A stretch of DNA of 64,000 nucleotides from Podarcis erhardii. Taxonomy: Eukaryota. How positions within the stretch are numbered: position 1 is the stretch's first letter; each line of letters starts with the position of its first letter. Positions 35,233 through 49,705 of the stretch are shown here, one piece after another. Location: the NCBI GenBank assembly GCA_964252035.1, contig OZ176204.1. One strand, 5' to 3'. Made by a program: the position numbers and the translations under genes. Under the pieces are notes generated by a model, which was not told where the DNA came from, did not search any database, and was given only the letters and a program-made list of their open reading frames with translations.

Positions 35233-38200
35233 TATGGGCAGAGTCATTTAAGGGTACAGAATACAGGGCTAGGTAAGAAACGGGCATTGGGATTTTAAAT
35301 AGGAGAGACATTCCTCAATATACTGTGCTATTTTCACAAATAGATTTTCAAGTCTGACCTAGAATCAACTCCGATTTTTAGGGTATAGATGTACACATAG
35401 CCACACACACACAAAGCTTCCATTAAAATGCAACAGAGGGATCATGCGCTCTCAGTCTGAGAAATCACAAGGAAGCCATGAAGAACAAGGCTGTCTCCCA
35501 GGAGTGATGGCCTCTCAAGTCCAGCTCTTCACACATATTTCCTCATTGCAAATATATGAATTTTAAACAGATTTAAGACCGGGGGGAAACTAGGACATCT
35601 GCTTCAGTAGAGGAAAAACCCATACACCCATTTCTCTTCATGCTAGCTGCTGATCAACCTCTGACACGTAGTGTATGTGACAGACTTGAAAGCACTAATA
35701 AATTAAAGCACTCTGCAGAACACTAGGGAAGTATTAAATCACAGAGAAATGCTGCCAGCGTCCTTTAAACAAAGTCACCATTATGAATGCAAATTAACAT
35801 ACGCCTAGGTTATAATGATAAAACAGCAAAGCATCTACAATAATGTAAATCATAAAAATTTATGAAGCTTCTGCTGAGAAGTAGTGTTATTGGCTCATAA
35901 GGTGCTGGGCAAAGCAATATAGGAAAACCAGATTTACAGTGAAATCCTATTCATATCTCCTTGGAAGTACATTCCAACATGTTCTGAATGTGCAGCCTAA
36001 GTCTGCAATCCTATACCCAGTTTCCTGGGAGTAAGACCTACTGAATAGGACCTCAGTGCAAACATTTGCAGCACAATGCAGTTAATCACCTGCATGAATT
36101 TGCCCACACATCTGTTAGTACCAAAAAGAGAGAACCTCTATTTTAAGAAAATTAATTATTTAGGAATCTAGGCAATTATATGAGTGTCGGGGATGGGGAG
36201 GGAAGCTTATCTGAATGAGTTTGTTAAAAGAGTAATTCCACATATGTGGCTATCTCTACATTTTTAATACTCTTATAAAACCAACAAACTTGTAATTGAA
36301 AACATTGGGAACATTATGCAGTTAATAATCAATCTTTGATCTGCTTTACAATACATCTCACATTATTGACTACCTACAAAATATGACTTATGCAGCCATA
36401 TTGTCGCTTCAGCAAACATGACCCAGAGCACTTGTTCTGGACTCCAACTTCACTACTGGGCATCGTTAATAATGACATGAAGACTTGCTATTGCACAGTT
36501 TTGATCAGGGTATTCCAGAGTTTGGCTCGTTATCACATCAGCAGAAACACAGAGAGACTCTATAATAGTACTTTCTACAGTCTCTATTTTTATCTGTCTT
36601 TTTCACCGGTGACAATAATAATGGAAGGTAAAGTATTGCAGCCAGATCATAAAGCTTATGCATCAGAAATTATGGCAATTATTGTCCCTATATTGCAGTG
36701 GGAGGCTAAGAGATATTTGCTTATCTAAGGACAATTTCACTCAGGCTCAGGCAGAGGTGAGATGCAAATGGGGGCCTATCTGGTTCACAACCAACTCTCT
36801 TAACCACATCTTCCTATCAGCCCCAAGGTAAGTTCATTAATAGGTATCCCCATAAAATGGGACAAGAACAGTGAGCATTCAGTCACCAGCCAGGCCTCTT
36901 TTTTAATGAGGCTTTAATTTAATTTAATTTTCAAAAAGATCTACAGAAAAGGGTGAAGTGATCATGGAGGCTCATAGGAACCGTGCCAGGAGTTTTAAAT
37001 AGGAATACGGTGCAGCTTCTGACTGATAGAGGATGTAAATTCTTCCTTGCACCAAAGTGATAAAAGCCCATAAGTGCATTAAAACATGAAAACTCTTTGT
37101 CCAAGAGGAAAGTGCTCATTCTTCAAATCCAAACAGAGCTGCACTTGCCAGGACAGTATCAAAAAGCCGCACAAGGGGCCCAATTGCCTTGCAAATAGGC
37201 AAAACACAAGGGAAACTCACTGCGTGTCAATTGGGCCCATAAAAAGGACAAGTTGCTATTCAATTGTGTTTTGTCTTCTGCAGAATGCTGTACTCAGGCT
37301 GGCATGGAGGAAAAAATTCTAATATGTATTCTTGGGAGATATTAAACATGTCAAATCCACAACTGGGCAATATCTGTTTTAGCACTAAAGTGTCACAGTA
37401 TTGTGAAAATCTACAATTCGCTCTGAGAAATGAGAGCTGGCTGTGTAGCTCCTCTGGAGAACATTTACCACCACTGGGGAATGCTTTAAAATACAAATAG
37501 TATATAGTGTGCACCATGATTTCCTCTCCAGGTTTACTCCATAGGACAACTTTTTCCACCCAGCGATATGTGTTTTTAGTTTAGTTCCTAGTCCAATAGG
37601 AGAATGAGAAAACAGTATTTTGAATCTGAAAATTGAAAAAGAGGACAAACCACTACCACAATCTGTTTCCCTATCCTTTATTGCCTTTGAAAACACTTGT
37701 ATCAGCCATCAGCAAGCCCTCTGCATACTGACTTCTCTGATGATGTACAAATCTAGGCATGAAGGCTATACTCTGCCTCCAGGAACCTCTGAATATCAGT
37801 TTGATGGGAAAGAACAGTTGCTGAGCTATTGTGCTCTTGAGGTTCCCAGAGGCATCTGGCTGGTCACTGCAAGAAACAGGATCTGGACTACACAAACCTT
37901 TGTTCTAATCTAGCAGATCTCTGATGTCCGTGTAAGACAGAAACCCTGCAAGGTGCCATATATGCAAGGGCATATCAGAATTTCTATGCACATACAATCT
38001 TGCCTAGTTCATTTGGGACACTGTGGGGCTCCTATTTGATCTTTCTCTTGCCACACAATACTAAAAGGGAAGCTCAAACCATTACTACAATCATTTTGGG
38101 GATCTACTCTGCCTGAGGTTCTACTGTTCTACTTCTCTCAGTATGTTGCTTTGCGAGGATTTGGCCCCGAAAAGAGATTAATAAGAAACAGGAATGAACT

Positions 38201-41200
38201 GATCTCCTTGCTGATACCTTCAAGAGACCACAGAGTTTCCCTGAACACAAAAGTCTACAGTATTAAATAAGACCCTTGAATTCTGAAACTCTCTTCCCAA
38301 CAGCACTTACCAAATAGAGACCACAGGCATTCCTTAGCATTCATCTTTCCACCACCAGTCCCTTGTCCAGGCCCACTCACTGGTGACAAGAGATTTGGAG
38401 GACATCCCTGAGTAGCCCCCACCTGCTCCTCGCTGGGATTGCCCATTCACTTGAGGTGGGAACTGGAATATATTTCTAATCTACTCCCAGTAGAGACAAC
38501 TATGTAGGGGATGGGGATGAAGTAACTGAATTCCTGCCTGTGTGCATAGAAGATGACTGAAACATGATTTATATGAAATGGGGATGGCAAGGCCACTTTG
38601 CCAAGTATGCTGGATTTTCAGAGATATATGCTCAGACTATGGCATTTCCCAAAAGATTTATATCTGTATCATATTACTGGGAATGGAAATTCCCTTACAC
38701 TGTACCATATAAAACTATCAAATGTGCAGTAGCCCTTCTGCTCATTAGGCATTTTTAAACTGTTTCCTGCTGACAAAGACATGCTAATACAGAGCTGGCT
38801 GATGATGAGTCTAAAGTACATATACCAGGATGTTAAAAGCTTAGCTAGTTAATTTGAGCAATAAAACCATCCTTTACTCACTTTGAACCACAATATTATC
38901 CCCGGAAAACAGTCATTATGCTGTTACCTCTGCTCTGCTGTCCACAGTTTGCAAACATACATTTTCAAAGCTCATCAGCTACCATTGGCATTGACTTTTT
39001 ATGAGGTACACGTTTGGACTATGAGCACTAACATAGCATTACAGAATTATATAGAACGGATTTCATTGGCAATTGTGGAATTAGAATTGCAAACTGGTGT
39101 GCCACCTAGTAACTTTAAAACCTGTACTTTGAGGGTGAAGATGAGAACCACCTATTCTCCATTAATATTTTTATGTTGTTTTTAGTTTGTGGATTTAAGT
39201 TCTTATACAGCAACTAAATACTTTAAATGATGAGTTTCAGTCCCTAATTTCTTCTGTGAGGTACCAAAAACTTGCTGTGCAAATTTTTTCATCCAAGGGA
39301 TGGCACAACATACCTTCCTATGAGATCTGGAGGTGATACAGAATTCTATTATAAGGACTCTTTTCCATGCACAAAGCAAACAAGTGGAAATTGGGGCAGT
39401 ATTCTTGCTCCATCAGCACAAGGACTTATGCTTGTACAAGAGAACTTCCCCCTCCTCCCCTCTGCACCCCCTAAACATGTTCTAGGGTTCCAACAACCCT
39501 CCAGAGCAGTTTTAGGAAGAGCTCAGGCCCGCACAGCGAGAGGAGGAAAAGAAAAGTTCTGTTGTGCAAGTGGAAAGCCTTGTGGTGACAGAACAGGTTA
39601 GTTGGTTAAGTCCTGTCCTTCTAAGCAACTTTAACCTACGTTGCCCAGAATCAAAACTTATCATACAGGATTAAAACATGTTCTGAACCTGAAAACCTGT
39701 TTTACCCACCTGCCTGTATAACTGGGTTGGTACACATACAATGGCAAACCAAGGTTTACTCTTACCTGAGTAAGCCTTTGGCTTGTATGCTCTGTTGTTC
39801 CCTAAATGCTGCACCTATCTTGCTCAAACCAAAAGGTGACACTACATCTGGCAAAATCTGGTTTGCTCTTGTCCACCCAAAACAGAATAGGAAACCACAT
39901 TCAAATCATGGTTTCCAAGTCTGGCTCAGAAGGCCAGCGCAAGCCATTGTTTGCTCACTAAGATGTAGCACAAACAAACAAAAATAAAAGAATAAGAGCA
40001 CAGGAGGAATGGGACCACATCAGCCCAAGGTCCACACAAGTAACACCAAATTCACAGTGAACCAGTTATATATATGTGACAGCTCTGACCAGTGAATCAA
40101 TCTGCAGGATTTCAAAGTAAAGGAGTTAAAATTTAGGACAGTAAACAAGAAGAGGAAGTCTGTGCCTTGCCTATAGGAACACACTTCCTAAAGTAAGGCA
40201 GAAACAGCAGAACCCCAGTTGACTTTCAAGTACTATAGCAGGATTTTCTGTTTCTTCCCAATCTAGATTCATCTCCTACTTGCAAATGTACAACAGTGCC
40301 ACACAGCTCATTAGTCACCACCTGGATGCACAAAAACAACCTTGCTTTTAACACGGCATGTTAAATTATGCAATTATGCCACTGCCTTAAATGCCTGTGC
40401 AGTTGCACTGAAGAGCCTTGCTCACACACCTACACAATAATTAGCGATGTCAGAGCAAGACCGTAAACAAATTTGCCCAAGTCTGTTTGACTGAAAGCCA
40501 CAGGCAGCCTAGGGATTTCCTCCTTGCCTCTCTCAAAGTACATTCGGATTTTCAAGGGGAGAGCCTAGGTCACAAGAGTACCCAACAGTGTGTTGGGAAA
40601 GACACACACATTTTCTGTAATGGGCCACATTCCCTTAAGGGTAATCTGTTGGGAGCCCCATGTTTCTTTCTATCGCTTCCTTCTCTCCCTCCTTCCCTCC
40701 TTCTCTCTTCCTTCTCACCCAGTTGCAGGAAAGGTGGATCAGTCTGAACTGATCCCTGTTGAAATTAGGCAGAGGGTTGCATATGTGCCTAGGGCCATAT
40801 TTTGCCCAACTCTACAATAGTGGGATTAATGCAATGTAACAGTGTGATTACTAAAATGAAAGCGTGGGGAACTTTTTCCAGCCCGAGGTCTGCACTCTCT
40901 TGCGGGCAACTTTCCAGGAGCTGTGTGTCAGTGATGGGCAGGGCCAGGATGAGCAAAACAACTGCTGCGACTCCTACCTTTGTATGTTTAGCTACATTCC
41001 AATCATACTAAAGCCGGAGGCCACACACACCAGGAACACCCTCTTCTATCCAGGAAAGTACGACACATGTCAGGCAGGCAAAAGCACGTGAGGAGGGTGC
41101 AGATGAAAAATATATATATAAAGGGCTAAACAGGAAGGCTTGGAAAGCTGCATTTCACCTATGGGAGCAGTGGTTCCTCATCAGACCACTTTCTGTATAT

Positions 41201-44200
41201 AAAAAAGAGTAAGTCGTAGCTAAGATGGAGATTCTGAAACACAGACCAATATCTAATAATAATAAAAAGATCTGAGCTAGTGGGGTGAAGGAGAAAGAAT
41301 AGCAGAGTTCATCACCTGGTCATGAGAGGGACAAAAGATCAGTAGTAGAGCAATTATGCACAGGCAGAATATTTCAGGTTCAATCCACGGCATTGCCAAT
41401 GGAAAGGATCCCTGGTAGCAAGGCAGGGTAAGACTTCCGCTGATACCTTATAAAACTTCAACCAATTGGAATATATAGTACTGCATCCACAAGGAAGGGC
41501 CAAATTTCAGTAACAGAGCACCTGCTTTTGATACAGCCTTCTGGGTCAATCCCCAGCAACTCCAGGTATGACTGGGCCAGGAAATCTGGGAGAGCTGCTG
41601 CCAGACAATACTCAATTTGGACCACTAGACATACCCAGGGTCTCAAGTAATCATGCAACAACTTCACAGAATGCCATGCAAAATTTATATAAATATTAGC
41701 CAAGCATTTCAACTTGCACACAAAACTGCCATCCTGTAAGAACTCTATAAAAGTGAAAATTTGGGAGAGCAAATTTTCACGAATACTGGAGAACTGAAGT
41801 ATGTAAACCACCCAAGTATAACAACATATTTGCTTTTACAAAGACAGAAAGAGGAACAGTCCTGCAATGAATGGTAAGCAAAGCATTATCTAATATCATG
41901 TTATTCAAATCAGCAGCTTCTCCCAGCAATAGTAAATGGTAGAGAATTGTAGGAACTACTTGCTCAGCCCTCACACTCACTCAAATTGTGACATGTACCA
42001 ACACATGGATTTAAACATCTACACTATGCAAATCATAAGACTTTAAAATATGATGGTGATGGAAGCTTTCCCTGCCTCCCAAACAGGTTAAAAAAATGCA
42101 AGAAATATTGTGGGGAGGAAAACCCATCTGCCATAAATCTGGCATAAACTGATGGGCTGTTGTAGCAGAAATAGAGATGGAAAATGTCTCAGTTAAAGAG
42201 GAAGGACAGTGGTATTTTCTAGGAGGAGGAGGAATGGAGGTGGAGAAGTGTCAGATTTTCCAAACAGAGAGAATATTTACTAAACATTCTGCTCTACTAT
42301 GAAAATCATTCAAACTAAGACCCAGTCAGATGTAACAGTCACCATCTCTTAACCAGAACCAGGAGAGGATGTTGTGAGAGTTCCTTTCTTTCCTCCAACA
42401 GATGGATTATCTTCTTCTTTTACTCCCCTCAACATAGGAATTTTCTTCCTGTCTCCCTTTTGACACTAAATCATAGTATATATGTACTGGTGTTAATTCT
42501 TCTCATAGGTAACTTGAAACTACAGTTTGAAGGAGGTTTTCACATTTTGGTTACTGCAGGTGTCCCCTTAAAACCAAAAACAAAAAGGGGGGGAGAAACC
42601 ATGCATTAGAAGGGAAGAGGGGGAGAATCTCATAATACCCTGTTCTGATAGCTACACAGTTCAAAGAGCAGGTACATTGCACCCACACCAAACCAATGTT
42701 ATTGATAACTTTTCACTACAGGTTTATCACTGGCCTCGCTGTACGTTATCCTCACACATAGCCAGGCAAGGAAAGTGTCTGCAAAAGCCATGCAGTTACT
42801 CACGATATAGTTATAGGTTATTTCCTGGATTATTCTGGACAAATACAATTAACCTCACAAGGCCAGATACACAAGCCACAGGACAACACAATTAAATGCA
42901 GGCAGCGGTAGATGACCAATTGTTTTGGAAAAACAGATGCTACTGATGCTCGCTAGTGGACCAGATGTAAATCATGCTGTGCTTGTGCATGTGTCGCAAG
43001 CAGACATTATAATTTTAAGAACTGTACAGATAAGAGCAATATAGGGATCCTTACTTCGGAAAAGCCTATAAATTCAACTCCCCAGATGTGTAATAAAAAT
43101 CTAATAAAGCCACCAAAGAAACAAATTAGCCAGTTTCCCAGAGGCTGCATGCAGATGTTCGGAGGCAATGCAGCTGAGATAGATGCCAGCCATCTGCAGA
43201 ATGCACAACGATGGGAAGCCAATGCTAAAATGAGTTGCAAATACTCAAGATTTACTGAAATCAATGCATTGTAGGGGTGTGCAACTGTTTGATTGCAGCT
43301 CTCACATATTTGTTATGCTTTGATCAATCTGGAGTTTTTGTTTACGAGCCTTTCAATCACTCTGCTTCCAGCTTCCCTTGGCAACTGGCAGCAGCATACT
43401 GTTTACTTTTAATAGGCAGAAGACGTATTTGCCACACAGGCTTCAAAGGGACACAGTGCCAGCTGATTCATAGTGGAATGTCTTTAGCAAGCCAAGATCA
43501 TAAGCATATTTTCCGACAGGTCAGAGTGCAACAAGCTTGACTTTATCCTCACAATTCACAACAGCAAAAGCAGCAGGATGAATTGAGGCAAGAGGAAAAC
43601 TCCTCTGGTTTGGAAGATACAGGTAAGGAAGGAGGTCAAAAAGGAAAATAGGGTTTAATTGATTTCATGAGCAAATCTCCACGTTTGATCCAAAGAGATG
43701 CCTTATGTAGCATTAAGCCTTCTGGAGGGATCAACATTTAGTACCACTGAGTTTCTTAGCATGATTGTGGCTCCCTAAACAGGATTTACCAACAGCCACC
43801 AGTTTAGAAGTTGTTTCCCATGTTATCCACCAGAGGGTGCCCGTGCTGCTCTAGAAAAACCAACAGACAGAATTAAAAACGATGTTTAAGTTCCTGAGTT
43901 TGGAGTTCAAAGAAAATTCATTTACCACTAATACATGGGGCATGGACATTTTCATCTTAGAATTACTTGCAGCAGTTTCCTTGCTTCAAGTGAAGAAACT
44001 GGCGTGGCACAATTACTACACCTCAAAGCATACTTCATTCTAATAATAAAACACCAATTATGCTACTGATTTCCGAATGAGTCATTAAAGCATGCACAGC
44101 CATAAATATTCAAATGCGCCTAATAAAATCCCTCTGCCTGACAAGCAATTCCTATCTGTTGAGTCAGATGCAATTGTGCCACACGGAGAGATGACTTTTT

Positions 44201-45906
44201 ATTTTCCTTTGCCAATGTATGAGTTAGTCTCTTGCCCTCAGCTATTCAACAGAAATAAGGGAAGCTAAGTTACTAACACGACTTTAGGACTTTAGACTTT
44301 GGGATGTCCTCCAATCCTCTTTGAACTCAGGAAGAACCTATACACCAACACTTGAACCACCTATACAGATTCTTTAGTCTTGTCAGTTTTCTATTTAATT
44401 TGGGGGAAGAGAAAGAATATTTACTCAAAGTTTATACTTGTAGCAACTCTGAGGAAGCTCCACATTACTAGCTCAGGGCAAGTAAATTGGACAGGATTCT
44501 GCAGGCACAGAACAATATTACTAAACTAGAGACAACCATCAACTGTATCTGGAAAATAACCATACGAGGGACCAGCTCACACACATCAGCTTTTGAAGGG
44601 AAGATAAGTGCCTATGACCCAGGCTTGCAAATAGCCACTGGCCTGGGTCACTTGTGATGAGCAGGACTCACTTCCAGGGTGCTCTCAGGTCATCTACACA
44701 CCCCAAGTGTACACATGGCTGGGAAAGTCAGAAATGTTTGTGGTCTATTGAGAATGGCTTTAAAAGGCTGCTAATAAGGTGTATGGTCGACATATTCTGA
44801 GCAGTCAACTACAACATCCAACTATATGTCCGCCAAATGCCTCCCTATGTTTTTAGGACCATGCTGTTCACTAAGAAGAACACAACTGTCAGGCAGATGC
44901 CTACCGGGCATGCAACATATGCATTAATATTCAAAACAAGGCTTGGAGGAGTGAATGTGTTACAGAAAATCTAGCCCACAGAGAACAAGCCTTCCTTAGT
45001 CACTGCTTGAAAATCTCAAGAAGCCCTAACACTTAATGAAGCCTTCTTCCAGCCCAATAGTATTGGAGATTGGGAGAAGCTAGGGAATTGAAGAAAAACT
45101 GCAGCTGTAGACATGGAACTGAGGCAAGGATAAATGCCTTCTAGCAATGAACAAGCTAGATGGAAGATTAGTATGCCTGTCAATGTTCAAGAGCCTTAAT
45201 TTCCATTTATAGAAAAAATTGCCCTCCACTGTAAAGTTTAATTGCTCTCACCTCAGCCTCATATAGCTTGTAAAAGTAGATCTCTCAATATCCATGTTCC
45301 TAGGTTACTTCTATTGCCATTATGAAACCTTAAGGGTGGGTTGGGGGAGTCTGCTCTGAAACTGCATCATGTAACCTCTACAGATGTCTTTCCATTCATG
45401 AAAGACAACTCCCATTTCAGCCAACCAGAATGTTAGAAATGTTTTCCCTAGATGGGTTAAGAACTGCAAGTGTCATTTTGTCAGCAACTTCTGTTGCCCA
45501 TCAACAGACTCTGTATTTGCAGCTGGTAATGACTAGGCACCTTTACCACTGATACAACAATTGTCTAGGCAGAAAGCTGTCTGGGAAGAACTTCTAAAAG
45601 CATCACATCTTAACTTTAGCCTTGCCAAGCTCCTGTCCCACAGCTTCCCCTCCTAGAAAACCTTGTTAAGCTACAACTGGGAAAGCATTATTGTTCAGCC
45701 TGGTGCAGAAAAGACTTTTGACTCAAGCACTGCATAGAAAACCATGCCCAATCTTTCTATGCCGGGGAGAGGAATGTTTTTCAGCCGCAGGGCTACATTT
45801 CTTTCTGGGCAACCTTCCAAGGGCCACATGCCAGGAGTGGGTGAGGCTAAAAGCAAAAATGGGGCAACAAATGTAAGTTTTACCTTTGTATAGTAGGCTT
45901 GTTTCA

Positions 45907-45949
45907 ATGCGTGTGTGTGCGCGCGCACACACACACACACACACACACA
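45907..45949. repeat. Compound (GT)4(GC)4(AC)11 microsatellite
   Basis: 43 nt of perfect purine-pyrimidine alternation. Confidence 0.95.
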
Positions 45950-46029
45950 GAGCTTTCCACCCTCCAACCAGACAAAAAAAGGCATTATCTGACTCCAAGG
46001 ACACAGTCCACCCAGGAGAAAACATTCAC

Positions 46030-46630
46030 TGTGTGAAGCAGGGCCAGTGAGGGATGCAGCCTGGGAAGAGTTCTGGGAAGACAGACAGAGAGGCATTCGA
46101 CCCCCAGGCCTGAAGTTCCTCACCAATGCTCTGTGTGATCTGGACACAGAGTCAGGGGCTGCAGAGGCCCCAGGTGGGGAGCTGGGTCTGGGTCAGAGCA
46201 AAGAGCTGACTGTGGAAGATAGCGGGTCCACTGCACCTGAGACAGTTGGATAGGAACCTACCAGACCACCTGGGCTCATACGGCCAGAACCTGGATTCTC
46301 ACAGACATCTTCTCCTGAGTCAGAAGGACCAGATAACTCCCAAAACGCACCACCACTCTGGCAGCACTGGAAGCTGTGAAAAAAAGGAGTGCCCATCTTC
46401 AGGGCCAGAGGGCTGGCCCTTTGAGGCTCTGAAGTTCTCTCAACGGGAAGCAGGCTGGAGACAGAGGTATGAAAGGCCTCAGCCCGGTGTCTCAACCTTT
46501 GTTGCAGCCAGCTGCTCACTCGGAGCTGTCCGTGGTCCAGCACCCTTCCTGCTTTCTCCTATGGGTTCCAGCACAAGACCAGAATCCAACAGTGCCTTTG
46601 ATCTTCCAGCTGGAAGATCACGGCCTGACT
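46030..46630 (+). mobile_element. LTR-like GC-rich element
   Basis: Abrupt GC-rich block starting TGT and ending ...cggcctgac. No TSD found. Confidence 0.4.
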
Positions 46631-47990
46631 TAAGGTGAACTGCAACAGTAACACTACAACCAGCATACAGTCGCAAAGAGAATGTGCTCCACGTTGGAGA
46701 AAGTCCCTGGCTCAAGTCTCACTTGTGCTATGTGCTTACGGAAGACCACTGCACTCTAAGCCTCAGCCTGTGTGCCCCACCATAAGAACACAGAGTTCAT
46801 AATAGCGCCCTACCTTATAAGGTAGCAGTAAAGACTATTGAGAATGATTGGGTAGCATGTTGAGGATTTGGGGGAAAAGACTAGATGTAGTATTTCTTGA
46901 GTAGCCATGCAGTCTGCTCATGCAGATTTTAAAAGCTGAATCCATGTATCTTTACAGCAGATCCATGGCACAGTTAATCTGCAAATGGGTCTTTGGCAAC
47001 AAGTTTTGAAATCACAAAGCCAGGCACCTGTACTGTGCTTTACCCTCGGGATTAGTTAGAGAGCACAAATGTTGATGCGTGAGGATGCCCATGCAGCTGA
47101 AGTTAATTTCTATCGTGAACACACTTTCTGATCCAGATTCACAAGCAATACTAATCCCTGGGAAACCAAGAGGAAGGAAGAAATACACACCACACCAAGG
47201 TAGTTAAAAGAAGTGTTTTCCCCAAGAAGCCATTAGAGTTGTTGTAGAAAAGCCCACAAAGCCAATTCATCTTCAGGCACAAAGGGATGGGCCCCCTGCA
47301 GTGGACAAGGATTACTATAATGGGCCTTCTCATTGAACTCTTGATTAAGTGCCACAGCTCTAGAAATAGACTACTCAAGGTTAACTGGAATATTGGAAGC
47401 CACACACTCCTTATTAGTGTCACATATCATCACAGTCTGTGCAATGCAAGGGAAGTTTTGAAAAAAAGAAGAAGCAAAACCACTATCCTCCCACCCCTGA
47501 GGAGGTTGCAGTTTTGCAGCGCAGCAAGGATTCATATACCAATGAAAGCATATTTGCTTAACTAATTGAAGGAAAACAAGCACTGTGTTATATTGCCTCT
47601 GCAGTGGGTGAACTTCCCTGATAGAATATTTATACAAAGCCTCACTTTGAATTAGTTACTGTTCCCAATTAGAAGGATCCCCCTCCTGAAGTTTACATAA
47701 CCTTGAGAGGCTTCTGACTTTACCTTCAGGTGTTTAAACAAGTGCTTGAGAATTCCTTTTTCTTTATTCCCATTTCTATTAGATTTGCCTCTGTCCTATC
47801 ATGACCCCTAACATAGACAAGGAAGGTCCTCTTAATGCTAACACGAATCAGGACCACAAGAGATTTCATATTGGCTGCTCAACTGTGGAATTCCCTTCCC
47901 TTAGAATCAAAATCCAAGGTCCCTAAGGCTGCAATCCTAAGCATAGTTAGGAAATCCCACTGAACCGAGCAAGGCTTGCTTCTGTGTATA

Positions 47991-48216
47991 CAGTAGTACC
48001 TCGGGTTACAGACGCTTCAGGTTACAGACGCCACTAACCCAGAAATAGTACCTTGGGTTAAGAACTTTGCTTCAGGATGAGAACAGAAATTGTGCAGCGG
48101 TGGCGAAGCGGCAGCAGGAGGCCCCATTAGCTAAAGTGGTACCTCAGGTTAAGAACAGTTTCAGGTTAAGAACGGACCTCCAGAACGAATTAAGTTCTTA
48201 ACCAGAGGTACCACTG
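47991..48216 (+). mobile_element. pogo/Tigger-like MITE, family A, nested in a caatcct/aggattg element
   Basis: TIRs and TA TSD. The host element flanks read ggctgcaatcctaagca ... tgcttaggattg. Confidence 0.92.
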
Positions 48217-48922
48217 TACGTGCTTAGGATTGAACCCAGAGTCTTCCAAAATAATGAAATGAAACTGGTTTTTTTGACCAGGGTAAGAGGTGTGTTTAAA
48301 TATGATAAATTTGGGCAGTGATTTTTCCAAGTGGATTACAGCAAAGAGAAAGTGAGGAGCAGTGAAATAGCACCTTAGTCCTTTCCCAACCTCAAATAAA
48401 GGGCCACATCTTCCCCTTCCACTGCCAGAGATATCATTGCTTCCACAACTCTTCTCTAAGTTGGAAACTGGGACTAGGTAGCATCTCTGCAGGCAGGGAA
48501 GCATATTTGGCTCGAAGATGCCTGTGGCATTAACAATAAGCAAATTGCTTCCCAGTCAAGTTACAGAAGGAGCTATTTCCAAGAAAAACCAGCAACTGTA
48601 CTTAGCCACTATGCAGGTCAGAGCCAACATGCTGCTTCAAGTGGTTTCAGAATACTATACAAGAGGATAAGAAAATGCCCTTAAAACCATTCAAGCATAT
48701 TTGACAAGAGTTTCCTTCGGCTTGCCCAACTCAATGACGAAAATACACTGGACATAAAGAAGTGACTGAAAGATTAGCACTTCAGATATGTAGCCCATAT
48801 TATCAGTGCCATTCTGCACATGGGACAAGCCTCCTATACCTTTTCTTTGTCACACGAAAAGGGAGAAGTATGCAATAGTCTTGCAGTTGTGACTTCTCTC
48901 CTTTATGCAGCTAACTAATAAG

Positions 48923-49115
48923 CAGTGGCGGAGATTCATGCTCCAGCACCAGGGGGCGGAGAGCAGGCGGGGGTGGGGCTGGTGTGCGCCCCGGGGGCGT
49001 GGTGCATGTCCTGGGGCACCCAGCGCAGGCAGGGGGGCAGGCGCGATGGCACCCCACCGGGATCGCGCTGCCAGGGGCGGTGCACTCCCCCTGCACTCCT
49101 CTTCCTTCGGCAGTG
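48923..49115. mobile_element. GC/CpG-rich hAT-like MITE
   Basis: Perfect 8-bp TSD ctaataag (48915-48922 and 49116-49123) and imperfect TIRs CAGTGGCGGAG / cttcggcagtg. Confidence 0.8.
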
Positions 49116-49544
49116 CTAATAAGATTGCTTATTACACAGGTAGTCTGGCAACAGATGGCCAGTCTTGATGCATTTTTTAAAAAATTATCAACTCTGAAAT
49201 ATATCTTCTTCAAAGCTTTTGAACTATACATGCTGCTTTTGTGTTTATTAGCATAAAATAGCTCTTTTTTATTTATTTTAAAAAAGCACACCATACAGCC
49301 AGCTTGGAAAGGGTGGTAATTGAAGGGATGTGGAGCACAACCCTGGTAGCTACTGGACCTGCTCCTTTCTTTGTCAGCTCAAATAGAGCAAAAAGAATGG
49401 CAGCTGCACTGCGCAAGCAAGGAGCAAGATTTGTTCAAAATCAGCTTAATGGCCACTACAAACAGTAATTTGTTATCAAAGCAACAGCCTGAAGTTTAGT
49501 TTTGAAAGTCAAAGAGAGCTGCAATGGCAGTTCAAAGCACTTAC

Positions 49545-49705
49545 CTTTTCCAAAGAAGTCCAGCACTTGCTGTTACAGCTGTTGTCCCTACAAAAGCCAC
49601 CATCATGAGCCTACGCCGGCCGTGGAGGGAATGCGCTGTTCCATAGTGACGTCTAGAAATGGCAGCTAAACCTGCTGCGGCAGGGAGAAGGCGGAAGCGC
49701 AACAT
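49545..49705 (-). CDS. MICU1: MICU1 exon 2 (start codon, mitochondrial targeting peptide and TM segment): MLRFRLLPAAAGLAAISRRHYGTAHSLHGRRRLMMVAFVGTTAVTASAGLLWK(R)
   Basis: Pyrimidine tract tctttgcttttctccccAG, 1 nt of UTR (G at 49706), then ATG at 49705-49703. Donor AAAAG|gtaagt at 49544. 161 coding nt, phase 2. Confidence 0.96.

Noticed and set aside
37176-37238. 11-bp inverted repeat gggcccaattg / caattgggccc
   Set aside because: Short arms, unpaired interior and no TSD; insufficient evidence of an element.
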